The notes beneath the pieces are model-generated. The model did no database searches. It worked only from the letters and a program-made list of their open reading frames with translations, and had not been told where the DNA came from. A stretch of DNA of 64,000 nt from IMG/VR virus record IMGVR_UViG_3300050029_000262, one strand, 5' to 3'. This DNA is from an uncultured virus (IMG/VR IMGVR_UViG_3300050029_000262) (Duplodnaviria; Heunggongvirae; Uroviricota; Caudoviricetes). The translations under genes were made by a program, and so were the position numbers. How positions within the stretch are numbered: position 1 is the first letter of the stretch; each line of letters starts with the position of its first letter. Positions 27,608-37,602 of the stretch are shown in pieces.

Positions 27608-30427
27608 ATGTCGGCAACAGTCACGGCCATCAAAGAAATGGCCGACCTTAAGGCCCTCGTGGGCGAGTCGGTCGAACTACACCAACAGGGGCATAGGTCT
27701 ACCGGCAAGTGCCCCTTCCATGCGGACGGCACGGCCAGCCTGACCATTGACGAGCGCAAGGGGTTGTGGAAGTGCTTCGGCGCAGGCTGCGGCAAGGGCG
27801 GGGACGTGTTCACGTGGATCATGGAGCGCGAGCACTGTGACTTCCCGGAGGCCGTCCGCTACCTGGCCATCCGCTACGGCATCAGCATTCCGTCGTGGAC
27901 GCCGGAGCAACAGGCGGAGGCGGATCTGACGCGGCAGGTAGAGAAGTTGTTGTGCGAGGTGGCGGCGGCCTGCCGGTTGGCCTATGACGGCAGCCCTGGC
28001 CAGGAGTATCTGCGGCACCGAGGCATCACCGACGGAGTGGCGGCCGCCTGGAACGTGGGGTGGGCCGCCAGCCCGTCCTTCCTGGCAGCCATCACGGACC
28101 TCTACCCGGAGGCCGTGGTGGCGCTGGCGGGTGTCTCGCCGAAGTCCTTGTCGGGCAAGCCTGCCACGCCCGGCATGTTCCAGCACCGGGTGCTGGTGCC
28201 CCTGGTGCGGAGCGGACGGACGGTCAACCTCTACGGGCGCAGCGCCAAGGTGCGCGTGGCCTACCGGAGTGACGCGGAGTGCAACGCGGACAAGCATCGC
28301 TACCTGGCGGGCCGTCCGCGTTTTCCGTTCGGGCTGGATGAGGCAGGCGAGCAGACGGTGCTGACGGAGGGGCCGCTGGATGCGATGAGCGTCCAGGTGG
28401 CGGGCTACCGCGCCGTGTCGCTGGGCGGCGCCCCTTCGGAGGAGCAGCGAGACATGCTGCTGCGCTGGACGGAAGGTCCGCTGCTGATTGGCTTCGACGG
28501 CGACCCTGACGCAGACAAGGGGCCGCTGATGGCCCTGAAACTGGTCCACCTGCTCAGTCAGGGCCCGAACGGCCGGCTGTGCCGCGTGGTGGACTGGTCA
28601 CCCTCCGGGGTCAAGGACCCGTCTGCCATTCTGGAGCGGGACGGCCCGGAGGCCGTAGCAGAACTCATTCGGGCGGCGCAACCGCCCCTGTTCTACCGCC
28701 GCGCAAAGGGTCTGGAGACGAAGTACGCTTCCTCCCTGCTTACGCAGGACGGCAGCAACCTCAAAATGGAGGCCCCGGAGCGGCGGCTGTACGTGGTGGA
28801 GACCATTGACAATCAGAGCGACCCCAAGGGCATCCGGGCGGGCATTCGGCTCCTGCGGGGCGGCGACACGTTGAACGTGGACAACATCAACCTGATGTCG
28901 TCCATTGCCCGAAAACGGTTCGTGACGGCGGCAGTCAAGACCATGTTGCGGCTGGAGCAGTCCGCCGACAAGGCGGCCCTTACCGGGTCGCTGGAAGAGG
29001 AGATACTGCTGCTGGAGCAGGAGGTGCGCTACTGGGATACCGAGACGCATGACCGGGAAACGGAGGAGCAGGATGACACGCCGCTGCCGATGACGGACGC
29101 GGAGCGCGCGGAGGCACTGGCCTTCCTCCAGAACCCCTACATGCTAGAGGAAACCATCAAGGACGTGCACGCCCTGGGCGTGGTCGGTGAGGAAGAGGGC
29201 GCGCTGATGACCTGGCTGACCATGACCTCCCGGCTGATGGGCGACCCGTTCGCCCTCATCTACAAGGGTGAGAGTAGCGTGGGCAAGTCCTTCCTGCTGA
29301 ACACGGTTGCGGAACTCTGCCCGCCGGAGGATGTGCGGTCCTTTTCGCGCATCACGCCACAGGCGCTTTTCTACACGGAGGACCCCGCCAACTTCCTTAA
29401 GCACAAGTTCCTCATCATCAGCGAGATGCCCGGCGGCGAAGGCGCCGACTACTCCATCCGGCTGATGATCTCAGAAAAGGGCCTGAGCATGATGTCCACC
29501 GAGAAGGAAGGTGACAAACTGGTCAGTCGCAACCGGGTGATTGAAGGCCCGCTGGCCTTCGCCCAGACCACGACGGCCATCGAGATCAACAATGAGAATG
29601 AGACCCGGCTGCTGGAGGTCTACCTGAACAGCGGGCAGGACCAGACGGAGCACATCCACACGCGCCAACGCTGGCAGTACACGTTGGCCGGGCGGCTCCA
29701 CGAGGCGGACCGACAGGCCATCATGCTGAAGCACCAGAATGCCCAACGTCTGCTGCGGCCATTGGAGGTGGTGCTGCCCTTTGCGGAGGCCCTGACGTTC
29801 CCGGCGATGAAGCCACGGACACGCCGCGACCAGCCCAAGTTCCTCAACATGGTCTGCGTGGTGGCCTTCGCGCACCAGTACCGCAAGGAAGTCAAGGTGA
29901 TGCAACGCGGTGCCGCCACCATCGAGTATGTGGAGGCGAACCTGGAGGACTACGCGGTAGCCTACGAGTTGGCGCGCACGTTGTTTGCGGTGAGCATGGA
30001 CGAGTTGGACAAGCGGGCGCGGGAACTCTTCGCGCTCATTCTGGAGATGGTGACGGCCAAGTGGTATGACAAGCACCCGCCGGTCGCGGCGGACCCGAAC
30101 CTGCTGGGCGAGGAGGAGCCCGCGGCACCCGCGGAGCCGACCCCGCCGGAGTTGATGGGGTTGGCCTTCACCCGGCGGGAACTGGTAACATGGGCCAAAT
30201 GGAGTGGGCACAGCGTCCACGCGGCTCTTGACAACCTGGTGGAGAATGAACTGCTGCGCACGCCGGGCGGTCGGCCCGGCCAAACGTTCGTCTACTACAT
30301 CCAGTTCATACCCAATTCGAGCATGGGCGGCGAGCTGGACAAGTCACTGGTCTCGCCAGCGGAGTTGACCAACCTGCTCATCCGCAAGGCCCAGCAGACG
30401 GAGGGCGGTGAGGCCGTTGGGCCGTGA
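27608..30427 (+). CDS. DnaG-type DNA primase (CHC2 zinc finger + Toprim) fused to a C-terminal P-loop NTPase
   Basis: CPFH..WKCFGAGC, TEGPLDA, GFDGD, KDP; GESSVGKS Walker A. Confidence 0.85.
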   Translation: MSATVTAIKEMADLKALVGESVELHQQGHRSTGKCPFHADGTASLTIDERKGLWKCFGAGCGKGGDVFTWIMEREHCDFPEAVRYLAIRYGISIPSWTPEQQAEADLTRQVEKLLCEVAAACRLAYDGSPGQEYLRHRGITDGVAAAWNVGWAASPSFLAAITDLYPEAVVALAGVSPKSLSGKPATPGMFQHRVLVPLVRSGRTVNLYGRSAKVRVAYRSDAECNADKHRYLAGRPRFPFGLDEAGEQTVLTEGPLDAMSVQVAGYRAVSLGGAPSEEQRDMLLRWTEGPLLIGFDGDPDADKGPLMALKLVHLLSQGPNGRLCRVVDWSPSGVKDPSAILERDGPEAVAELIRAAQPPLFYRRAKGLETKYASSLLTQDGSNLKMEAPERRLYVVETIDNQSDPKGIRAGIRLLRGGDTLNVDNINLMSSIARKRFVTAAVKTMLRLEQSADKAALTGSLEEEILLLEQEVRYWDTETHDRETEEQDDTPLPMTDAERAEALAFLQNPYMLEETIKDVHALGVVGEEEGALMTWLTMTSRLMGDPFALIYKGESSVGKSFLLNTVAELCPPEDVRSFSRITPQALFYTEDPANFLKHKFLIISEMPGGEGADYSIRLMISEKGLSMMSTEKEGDKLVSRNRVIEGPLAFAQTTTAIEINNENETRLLEVYLNSGQDQTEHIHTRQRWQYTLAGRLHEADRQAIMLKHQNAQRLLRPLEVVLPFAEALTFPAMKPRTRRDQPKFLNMVCVVAFAHQYRKEVKVMQRGAATIEYVEANLEDYAVAYELARTLFAVSMDELDKRARELFALILEMVTAKWYDKHPPVAADPNLLGEEEPAAPAEPTPPELMGLAFTRRELVTWAKWSGHSVHAALDNLVENELLRTPGGRPGQTFVYYIQFIPNSSMGGELDKSLVSPAELTNLLIRKAQQTEGGEAVGP

Positions 30428-30857
30428 CACGCCGATGCCCTTTGGCCGCTACAAGGGGACGCACCTGGGTATCCTTCCCGACATCTACCGACGCGATCTG
30501 CGGGAGCAGTTGCGCCTGGACGGGACCTGGCCGGAGGTGCTGGCGGCCCTGGATGAGTTCATGGAGGAGGCGGGTGCCGAGGACCTGTACGTGACCATCC
30601 ATGCGGTCAACAGGTGGAGCGCCCGCGTGCTGGGCCTGGGTGCTCTCGCCGACGAGTTGAAGGCGCAGGCATGGCGGGCCTGGGACGAAGGGGCGGTGTT
30701 GCCGCCCAAGCAGGGCGCGGAGCGCCGGCAGTGGCGGGACCTGGTCTGGGTATTCGCCCGGCGGCGCGGCACACTGTCATTGCTGACCGTGATGGTCGCC
30801 GGCGAGGAAGAGGAGGTGCGGTCCGCCAGACAGACGGAGCGGTTGGATTTGAGCTAA
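30408..30857 (+). CDS. Hypothetical protein with an MPFGRYKG N-terminal motif
   Basis: DUF3820-like motif. Confidence 0.55.
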   Translation: MRPLGRDTPMPFGRYKGTHLGILPDIYRRDLREQLRLDGTWPEVLAALDEFMEEAGAEDLYVTIHAVNRWSARVLGLGALADELKAQAWRAWDEGAVLPPKQGAERRQWRDLVWVFARRRGTLSLLTVMVAGEEEEVRSARQTERLDLS

Positions 30858-30870
30858 TGACGGAGAAAGG

Positions 30871-31266
30871 ATGATGACCAACATGGCCGACCAGACAGAG
30901 CAGGTGCCGTTGGGCCTGGACACGCTCGAAGATGATGACGGCAACAAGTTGCTGTCGGAGGCGGCGGCTGGCCTCCAGCAGATTGAAGACCACCTCCAGC
31001 AGTACCTCGACAGCCACGACGGCAAGCACCACGAGAAGCCCTACAAGCTGACCGTGGAAGTGGAAGTGACGGCGGGCGGGAAGTTCCGCCGAGGCGTGGC
31101 CTGGGGCGTGACGGTGAAGATGCCGAACGTGGCCCAGAAGCACGTCCAGTCGGCCCGCAGCCAGGCCGGCATGCTCATCACGGACGCCTCTGCCGCCGGG
31201 CAGATGAAGTTGCCCGCCACGACCCGCGCCGAACTGGAGAACGCGTCCGCGGACGGCGACGAGTAG
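30871..31266 (+). CDS. Hypothetical phage protein
   Basis: AAGGA RBS; paired with the downstream DUF2303-like gene. Confidence 0.6.
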   Translation: MMTNMADQTEQVPLGLDTLEDDDGNKLLSEAAAGLQQIEDHLQQYLDSHDGKHHEKPYKLTVEVEVTAGGKFRRGVAWGVTVKMPNVAQKHVQSARSQAGMLITDASAAGQMKLPATTRAELENASADGDE

Positions 31267-31324
31267 CACCCCCGGCCTTTTTCGGCCGGGCACAGACGCA
31301 CTGACCTGAGAGGAAAACACGATC

Positions 31325-32107
31325 ATGAGTACCAAGAATGCGAACATCAGCGTCAACGCCAGCGGGCAGACGGAGAAGGCGCCGTTTGTGGTGTTTGACG
31401 ACCCTACGACGGGCGCGCACATTCTGCTGGTGGACCCGGAGTATGACGTGCGCGGGCACAAGACCGTGGGCATCACCGCCAAGGACGCAGCGAGTTTTGC
31501 GGCGGCGGTGCTGGCCTCGCCCGGCGACAACAAGCTCATCGAGTTGCGCGACGGCGGCGAGTTCGTCTACCGTGACAACCTGGGTGACCGCGGCATCAAC
31601 ACGGTCAACTTCAAGCTGGTGCCCTCGCCGACCGCGAAGGTGCTGGGCATGTACGGCTTCACCTTCACGCAGCGCGAACTGCTCCAGTGGAAGGATCAGT
31701 GGCCGGGGAGCCTGCTGCCGGACAGCACCAACCCGGAGGCCGACTTCGAGGATCTGGCGCACTTCAAGGCCAAGGACATCAAGACCGTGGACATCGAGAC
31801 CACGGACACGGCGGTGCGCGTGCGCGTGAACCAGGAGGGGGAGCCGGACACGAAGCTGCCCCGGTTCTGGAAGGGGCGCAGCCCGCTGTTCGATCAGCAC
31901 ACGCAGCAGGATGTGACGCTGAAGCTGGAGGCCTCCTTGCCGGAGGCCGACCGGCAGACGGGTGAGGTGAAGGGCGTGTTACAGTTCCACTTCACGCTGT
32001 GGACGCCCGCCTCCTGCACGGTCATGGCGCTGGCCATGGATGACGCGGCGGCGCAGATGGGTTCGCTGCTGGCGGGCTACACGGTCATCCGGGGCACCAT
32101 CAACTAG
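31325..32107 (+). CDS. DUF2303/YfdQ-like phage protein (tentative)
   Basis: FTQRELLQW..., C-terminal VIRGT; gene-pair context. Confidence 0.45.
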   Translation: MSTKNANISVNASGQTEKAPFVVFDDPTTGAHILLVDPEYDVRGHKTVGITAKDAASFAAAVLASPGDNKLIELRDGGEFVYRDNLGDRGINTVNFKLVPSPTAKVLGMYGFTFTQRELLQWKDQWPGSLLPDSTNPEADFEDLAHFKAKDIKTVDIETTDTAVRVRVNQEGEPDTKLPRFWKGRSPLFDQHTQQDVTLKLEASLPEADRQTGEVKGVLQFHFTLWTPASCTVMALAMDDAAAQMGSLLAGYTVIRGTIN

Positions 32108-32164
32108 ACACGCCCCGGCATGACAAATGGGGGCTGGACGGGCAACTCCCCGCGCCGGCCCCCG

Positions 32165-32195
32165 AAGTTGCTTAGAAGCGATCCTCACGCGGCAG
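32165..32195 (-). promoter_or_regulatory. Dispersed motif GAGGATYGCTTCTAAG (copy 2, minus strand)
   Basis: Reverse complement CTGCCGCGTGAGGATCGCTTCTAAGCAACTT. Confidence 0.7.
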
Positions 32196-32252
32196 ACGAC
32201 CACAATCAGGGGCGGTGCGCCCCGGCGAAAACGGAAACAGGAGAAAAGTACC

Positions 32253-32579
32253 ATGTCGGCAACAGCGAACGAGCGGCTGGCGAACATGAAGGCCCGGATG
32301 GAAGCAGACCAGAAGCGCCTGGAGGAGTTGGAGGCGGCGACGTTGCGGCTGCCCTTGGCGGAGGCGGAACTGGTGGCGATGCAGCCGGAGGAGGACAAGG
32401 CGCTGGCGGCCTATCACGCCGTGGTCAAGAGCAAGAAGACGCTGGAGGCGGAGGTATCCGCCTGCAAGCAGTTGCTGGGCATCCGGGTGCGCCCGGAGGG
32501 CAAGGTGAAGGGCAAGGGCAAGGCGACCCCGACCGTGCCGGTGCCGCCCGTGGCCCCGGTGCCCGACCCGGAAGGGTAG
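32253..32579 (+). CDS. Small coiled-coil protein
   Basis: AGGAG RBS; MSATANERLANMKARMEADQKRLEELE. Confidence 0.65.
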   Translation: MSATANERLANMKARMEADQKRLEELEAATLRLPLAEAELVAMQPEEDKALAAYHAVVKSKKTLEAEVSACKQLLGIRVRPEGKVKGKGKATPTVPVPPVAPVPDPEG

Positions 32580-32799
32580 CGAACCCGGATGGGCGACAAT
32601 CGGCCCCGGCGAGTACCTCTTCGGAGGCGGCTACCGGGGCCGTTTCGCGCCCGGAAGTAGAGACCGCGGCTATAAACAAAAGTGCTAGAAGCTGTTGGCA
32701 CCCCCAGGCGGTCCGTTGCACGCACTTCGTATTATTAAGTCGTGATGAAAAAACAGAAAGTGTTTTGGGGCGCAGTTTTCGTCAACAGGTTTGACCATG

Positions 32800-32940
32800 A
32801 CGACCTTTTCGGAAAAGGGCTATCGGAGTGTTTGGTTTTTTTGTCTTCCGCAGACCCCGTAAAGCCCTGACATTTCAATACAAAGTCGCTAGCGGAGTCC
32901 GCCGTGGGGGGTCGCAAGGTTGAGGTGCTTTTTTTCTCGG
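32800..32940 (+). repeat. Copy of the left-end non-coding element (candidate origin or other cis element)
   Basis: GACCTTTTCGGAAAAGGG ... TTCAATACAAAGTCGCTAGCGGAGTCCGCCG..GGTCGCAAGGTTGAGGTGCTTTTTT matches 129-260. Confidence 0.85.
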
Positions 32941-33077
32941 AAGTACTGAAAAATAGGCACTTCACAGACGCAGAAATCGAAATACTTTATGTCGGCAGTA
33001 GAAATGGGAGGAAAAAGTCGATATAATAACGAAGTGCAGCAGCGGTCTGTCGGCGTAAAATCGGAGAGGTGTTTTTC

Positions 33078-34148
33078 ATGGATTTGCAGATGACTTTGAA
33101 GGAGTTCGCGGCACGGGTTGAGTTGACCGTTGAGGTCGTGCGTGATTTGGCCCAAAAAAGGCTTCTCCCGGAGGCCGTCAAGGTCGGTCGGCGCTGGAGT
33201 TTCGGCTATGACGCCCCCAGTCGGTTCCTGGCAAGGCAACAACTGGCGGCGAAACCCTTGATGCAAGCCAAGCCGCCTCTATCAGAGCGTATTCCCTTTC
33301 CGCCGGAGGTAGTTGCCGCCCGCCTGCATGAGGCACGGTCCTTGCGCGCCCTCCGCATCTTTCGTAACCCGGCTACCAAGGCCAAGCACAAGGCGGCCGT
33401 CAACGCCTCCTGGACGCCAGAACGCCGAGCAGCCATGAAGGCTCGCTGGGCTGACCCGGAGTACCGCACTAAGCAAGTCGCCGCGCATACCGGCAAGAAG
33501 CGGCCGGCGCCTTCCGGTGCCGCGAAGAAACTGATGCTGGACGAATGGGATGGTTGGCCGGAAATTGTTGACCTGGAGCCGGAGGAGGAGCCGCGCTCGC
33601 ATCCTTCTGACTTGAAAAAGATACCCTACACGCCGCGCGTGCCACTCGCCTGGACGGCCTGGCACCGGGCGCGCCTGAACGTCTTGGTGCGTGAAATAGC
33701 GGGCCGGGCGCCGGGTGAAAAGGTGGTCCTGCCGCCTGAAACCATTTCCGCATTGATGGCGCAGGTACGGGCGGAGGCAGACGAGATCACAGCGGTAGAG
33801 CAACGGGCGGCAGCGGCACGGACTGAAATGGAGGAGGCGGCGGCAACGCTGGCGGCGGCAGAGAATGACCTGGCGGCAGCCCGGCTGACGATGCAAGGCG
33901 CCAAGCGGTCACAGGTCGCGGCGACCCGCGCGGCAGCGGAGAAAGCCAACCTGCCGGTGGCGCAGACCGCAGACCAGGAGCGGAGGCGGGCGGCCTGGAC
34001 GCCGGCGCGCAAGGCCGCGCACAGCGCCGCCATGAAGGCTTACTGGACGCCGGAACGCAAGGCGGACCGGCGGGAGCAGCGTGCCGCCGCGGAGCGAACG
34101 GGTCAACAGGCCCAACGCATCAATGAGGTAGAGAGGCAATGGTATTGA
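33078..34148 (+). CDS. Excisionase-like HTH protein with NUMOD3-like W-x-P-E-R repeats and a coiled coil
   Basis: MTLKEFAARVELTVEVVRDLAQKRLLPEAVKVGRRWSF; WTPERR, WADPEYRTK, WTPARK, WTPERK. Confidence 0.6.
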   Translation: MDLQMTLKEFAARVELTVEVVRDLAQKRLLPEAVKVGRRWSFGYDAPSRFLARQQLAAKPLMQAKPPLSERIPFPPEVVAARLHEARSLRALRIFRNPATKAKHKAAVNASWTPERRAAMKARWADPEYRTKQVAAHTGKKRPAPSGAAKKLMLDEWDGWPEIVDLEPEEEPRSHPSDLKKIPYTPRVPLAWTAWHRARLNVLVREIAGRAPGEKVVLPPETISALMAQVRAEADEITAVEQRAAAARTEMEEAAATLAAAENDLAAARLTMQGAKRSQVAATRAAAEKANLPVAQTADQERRRAAWTPARKAAHSAAMKAYWTPERKADRREQRAAAERTGQQAQRINEVERQWY

Positions 34149-34180
34149 ACCGATGACGAAACATACTTTAAGGAGTAACC

Positions 34181-34753
34181 ATGAACCTACGCGCCACGCT
34201 GGACAGCGGCAAGACCCTCCAGGCCCGTAGCGAGAACGCTCCAACCAATAACGCCCTCTCCCCGCAGGACCTCGCCGCCCGCCTGGACAAGGGCCTGCGC
34301 TGGCTGGTGGCCCACTACGAGTTCGCCACGACGGAGGAGCAGCAGAAGTGGGTCACGGCCCAGGCGCAGTGGCTGGCCCTGGCCATGGAGCATGACGAGC
34401 GGCTGGGCCTGCCGCCCGGCTACACCAAGGACGAACTCGACCTGGCGCTGGCCTGGCTGCGCGGCGACCGCGAGTCACCGCAGGTCTACTTCACGCCGGA
34501 TACCGAGGATCTGCGCGGCGGCAACATCACGCTGGCCCCGGCGGGCGGCTTCAGTCTGCCGCGCAAGCTGGTGCTGGCGGACGGAGCCGGCCTGGAGTGC
34601 GTGCTGAAGAAGCGCCCCACGGACGGCCCGCGCGTCTACGACATCCTGGACTTGGTGCGGCTGTTCCGCCTGAAGCGCATCTTTCCGGCGGCAGGCGTAG
34701 TCGGTGACCCGGCGGAGTTTCTGCGACAGCACGCCGGGGAGGCGGGTGCATGA
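34181..34753 (+). CDS. Hypothetical protein
   Basis: AAGGAG RBS. Confidence 0.65.
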   Translation: MNLRATLDSGKTLQARSENAPTNNALSPQDLAARLDKGLRWLVAHYEFATTEEQQKWVTAQAQWLALAMEHDERLGLPPGYTKDELDLALAWLRGDRESPQVYFTPDTEDLRGGNITLAPAGGFSLPRKLVLADGAGLECVLKKRPTDGPRVYDILDLVRLFRLKRIFPAAGVVGDPAEFLRQHAGEAGA

Positions 34754-34875
34754 CCTGGCCACCGGAACCCTATGAAGTCCTGGTGGGTGACTGTCGCACA
34801 ACCATGCGGGGTTTGCCGGAGAAGTGCGTTCAGGCGTGCTTCACGAGTCCCCCGTATTTTGGATTGCGTGATTAG
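34750..34875 (+). pseudogene. Truncated N6/N4 DNA methyltransferase (N-terminal 41 aa)
   Basis: VLVGDCRTTMRGLPEKCVQACFTSPPYFGLRD then TAG; no FxGxG motif downstream. Confidence 0.75.
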
Positions 34876-34950
34876 CGATATGGGACGATGTGGTGTACGG
34901 CAAGTTTCTCTTCTGAAAGCGGTGTAAGTCTGAAAGGGAGTGGCAGCTAT

Positions 34951-35275
34951 GATGGTTTACCATTTGGACGGCGAAGGGGAGGAAGTCGGGGGCATCGGCG
35001 AGTTGGCCGTGAAGTATGCGCAGGAGCGGGCGGCCCGGATGAAGGCGGAGCAAGCCATGTCAAAGCTGTGTGGCGAGGCAGATGGTCTGCGTTCGCAAAT
35101 AGCGATTATGCAGCATGGCATGGCGATGCGCAGTGTCAGTGTAACCGAAGCCCAGGACCTCCGCATAGCCGCCGACAAGTCTGCCGCGCTTCGCGCAACC
35201 TGCGCCAACCTGCGCACGTTGCTTTCCTGCCAGTTCGGCCTCGACACGGTAGCTACCGACGAAGAAAGGGTGTAG
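34951..35275 (+). CDS. Hypothetical coiled-coil protein
   Basis: ORF with a GGGAG RBS; start approximate. Confidence 0.4.
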
Positions 35276-35631
35276 CTCATGCCCTTACCCAGCAGGTTCC
35301 GCAGGCGGCCAGAAGCCGCCCCCATAGTCCAACCCGACACAGGCTCCCGGCTTGTGGTTTTCGTCTCGTGGGCACCCTACCACGTATGCGGCGGGAACGC
35401 AGTGACCCCACGCGGGGGCGGGCGGAACGGGCCGAGACGAAGGCCCGGCAGTGGCGGCGGACAGGTAGAAGATCAAGCCCCGCACGGGGTGACGGGAGGC
35501 GATGGCAGATGAACGACAGGTGAGCCGACACCCTGCAGAAGCTCGTGGACGAAGCCTGCATCGACATCATGGGCAGGAGCACCAGGTGGTAGCGGGGACG
35601 GGCTGAGGAAAGCAGACATTTACGAGGAGGA

Positions 35632-36600
35632 GTGAGCGAAATGGGCGACGAGACAACGAAGTGTCAGTGTGGAGATTGCTACTGGGCAGGAGTGCGGTGG
35701 AGCATCAACGAGACCTTGAGTGCCGAGGAGTGCGATACCCACGAACCGAGTCTCGTGGAGATGTACCAGACGACGAGCGGCTATTGCCCGACCTGCGGAA
35801 CCCGCCTCAACGCCGAGGAGGTCGAGTGCGCCCTGCTTCGGAGGGAACTGTTGCAGGCGCAGGTGGATGGGATTGAGATAAAGGTGGAAGGGTTTACCGT
35901 GTGCATTGCCACGAACGAACGGATGAGGGCGCAGGTTGATAGCATCCGCACCCTCCGCGCCGAGCGGGCCGCGCAGCAGGAGCAGGAGGCCGTCGCCGCA
36001 GCGGAAGCACAACTCAACCGCCTGCAGGACGCCGGGGTGTTGGAATGGGAAACCATGTTGGGTACAGACGGGTATTGCGTTGGGAGCATCCCGTGGTGCC
36101 GGGTTGGACAGTCCCGTCTTGCCAACGCCCAGGACGCGGTTCGCCACGGGCAACGGTTGGAGCGGGAGGCCATCGCCGCGGCGGAAGCGAGACTGTTGGA
36201 GTTGTCTGGCGCGGGCCTTTGCACTCTGGTATCCAAAGCCTATGAGACGGGCGCAAACGGTGGCCCTGTCCGCTGGCGCATGGACATACACACGACGGAA
36301 CGCGCACAGGAGCACCCGACGGCAGCCCCGTGCTATGGAGCGACGAAGCTGGAGTGCCTGACGCGAGGGATCGAGTGGGCCGAGGGGCTGGTGCCGAGGG
36401 TGCGGTGTATAAATGGAATGAACGAAACAGAGATGGTTGTAGAGTTGCTGCAGCTCGGCTGGGAGCCCGTGTTCATCTGGGGTAACAAGGTTCCAGCGTG
36501 GGAAAAGAGTGGGTGCAAGGTGTATCGAAGGTCCGTAGAGGCACAGAGCGACTTCGCCCGCCGGACACTGCGTGAGGCCCGTAAACAGGCGGCGCAGTGA
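35632..36600 (+). CDS. Hypothetical protein with N-terminal zinc ribbon
   Basis: GAGGAG RBS; CQCGDC, CPTCG. Confidence 0.55.
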   Translation: MSEMGDETTKCQCGDCYWAGVRWSINETLSAEECDTHEPSLVEMYQTTSGYCPTCGTRLNAEEVECALLRRELLQAQVDGIEIKVEGFTVCIATNERMRAQVDSIRTLRAERAAQQEQEAVAAAEAQLNRLQDAGVLEWETMLGTDGYCVGSIPWCRVGQSRLANAQDAVRHGQRLEREAIAAAEARLLELSGAGLCTLVSKAYETGANGGPVRWRMDIHTTERAQEHPTAAPCYGATKLECLTRGIEWAEGLVPRVRCINGMNETEMVVELLQLGWEPVFIWGNKVPAWEKSGCKVYRRSVEAQSDFARRTLREARKQAAQ

Positions 36601-36917
36601 TGGCAACCTGGCACGAACTCACCGACCGCCAGCGCCGCGCCCTCACCGTGGTGATGGAGTCGTGGCATCCCGTCCAGGCCTGCGAGATCATCGCCAAAGG
36701 ACACGTCACGCTGCTGACGGTGAACGGTCTGATAGCCGACGGGCTGATTGAGTGGCGGGGAACGGGCTACGTCGCCACACCGAGCGGGCTGCTCTCGTTT
36801 CACGGGTGTTGTGAGATTGAGTCCCGCAAGGCCAAGTACCCCAATGGCGGGGCGAACAATCCGCAGACCGGCTGCCAGCACGCCGGGGAGTGCCAGATCA
36901 GGCGGATAGTCGAGTAA
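36597..36917 (+). CDS. Hypothetical protein (wHTH-like)
   Basis: GTGA coupling. Confidence 0.5.
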   Translation: MMATWHELTDRQRRALTVVMESWHPVQACEIIAKGHVTLLTVNGLIADGLIEWRGTGYVATPSGLLSFHGCCEIESRKAKYPNGGANNPQTGCQHAGECQIRRIVE

Positions 36918-36936
36918 CGCGGCCACGAGCCGCCAA

Positions 36937-37581
36937 ATGAGAAACCAGACCATGTTACCGATGAAGACCAACCGCGTACTACTCATGCTGTTGATGTTGC
37001 TCATCACCGTCCTGATGCTGCTGTCCCTGCCGCACGACGGCCGCCCGGATGCCCTCACACCTGCCCCGGCGGTGACGCTACCCGCAACGCCTCCTACGGC
37101 CCCGGCCACGCCGACGGGCGTTTCCCCCAAGGCCCCCACCGGCACGCCTAAGAAACGATCCTCGGTGCTGCTACCCACTGACCCGCTGCTCAGGACGGCG
37201 GCGCAGGCGCTGCGCGGTGACTTTGGCAAACTCAAGCCCTGGCAGCAGGTCGCCTACGAGTTAGCAGCCAAGGGCAAACATCATCACCTGCGCCTCTGGG
37301 TGACACAGTACTGGCCAGGTGAGGGCCGCGATAGTCGCCACACGGCCAGCGGCGCGCCTGTTTCGTTGCGCGTGGCCGCCGCCAATCGTATTCCGCGGGG
37401 AAGTTACGTCTGGATAGCCAACCCGCCTCACATGCGTCAGGTGTTGGATTGCGGCGCGCACAGCAACGACCGATGCGCCGACCGGAATGGTTGTGATGCG
37501 TGGATAGACCTCTGGGTGCCGCGGGCGGGATGGCATGGCCTGGACACGATGACGACGGAGGCCGTTGTGCTTAGTCCTTGA
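36937..37581 (+). CDS. Membrane-anchored 3D-domain (MltA-like) cell-wall lytic protein
   Basis: N-terminal TM, Pro/Thr linker, VTQY..HTASG...VAAA..IPRGS.V.I....QVLDCG....IDLWV. Confidence 0.7.
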   Translation: MRNQTMLPMKTNRVLLMLLMLLITVLMLLSLPHDGRPDALTPAPAVTLPATPPTAPATPTGVSPKAPTGTPKKRSSVLLPTDPLLRTAAQALRGDFGKLKPWQQVAYELAAKGKHHHLRLWVTQYWPGEGRDSRHTASGAPVSLRVAAANRIPRGSYVWIANPPHMRQVLDCGAHSNDRCADRNGCDAWIDLWVPRAGWHGLDTMTTEAVVLSP

Positions 37582-37602
37582 TTCGAAAGGAGCAACCCGA
37601 CC

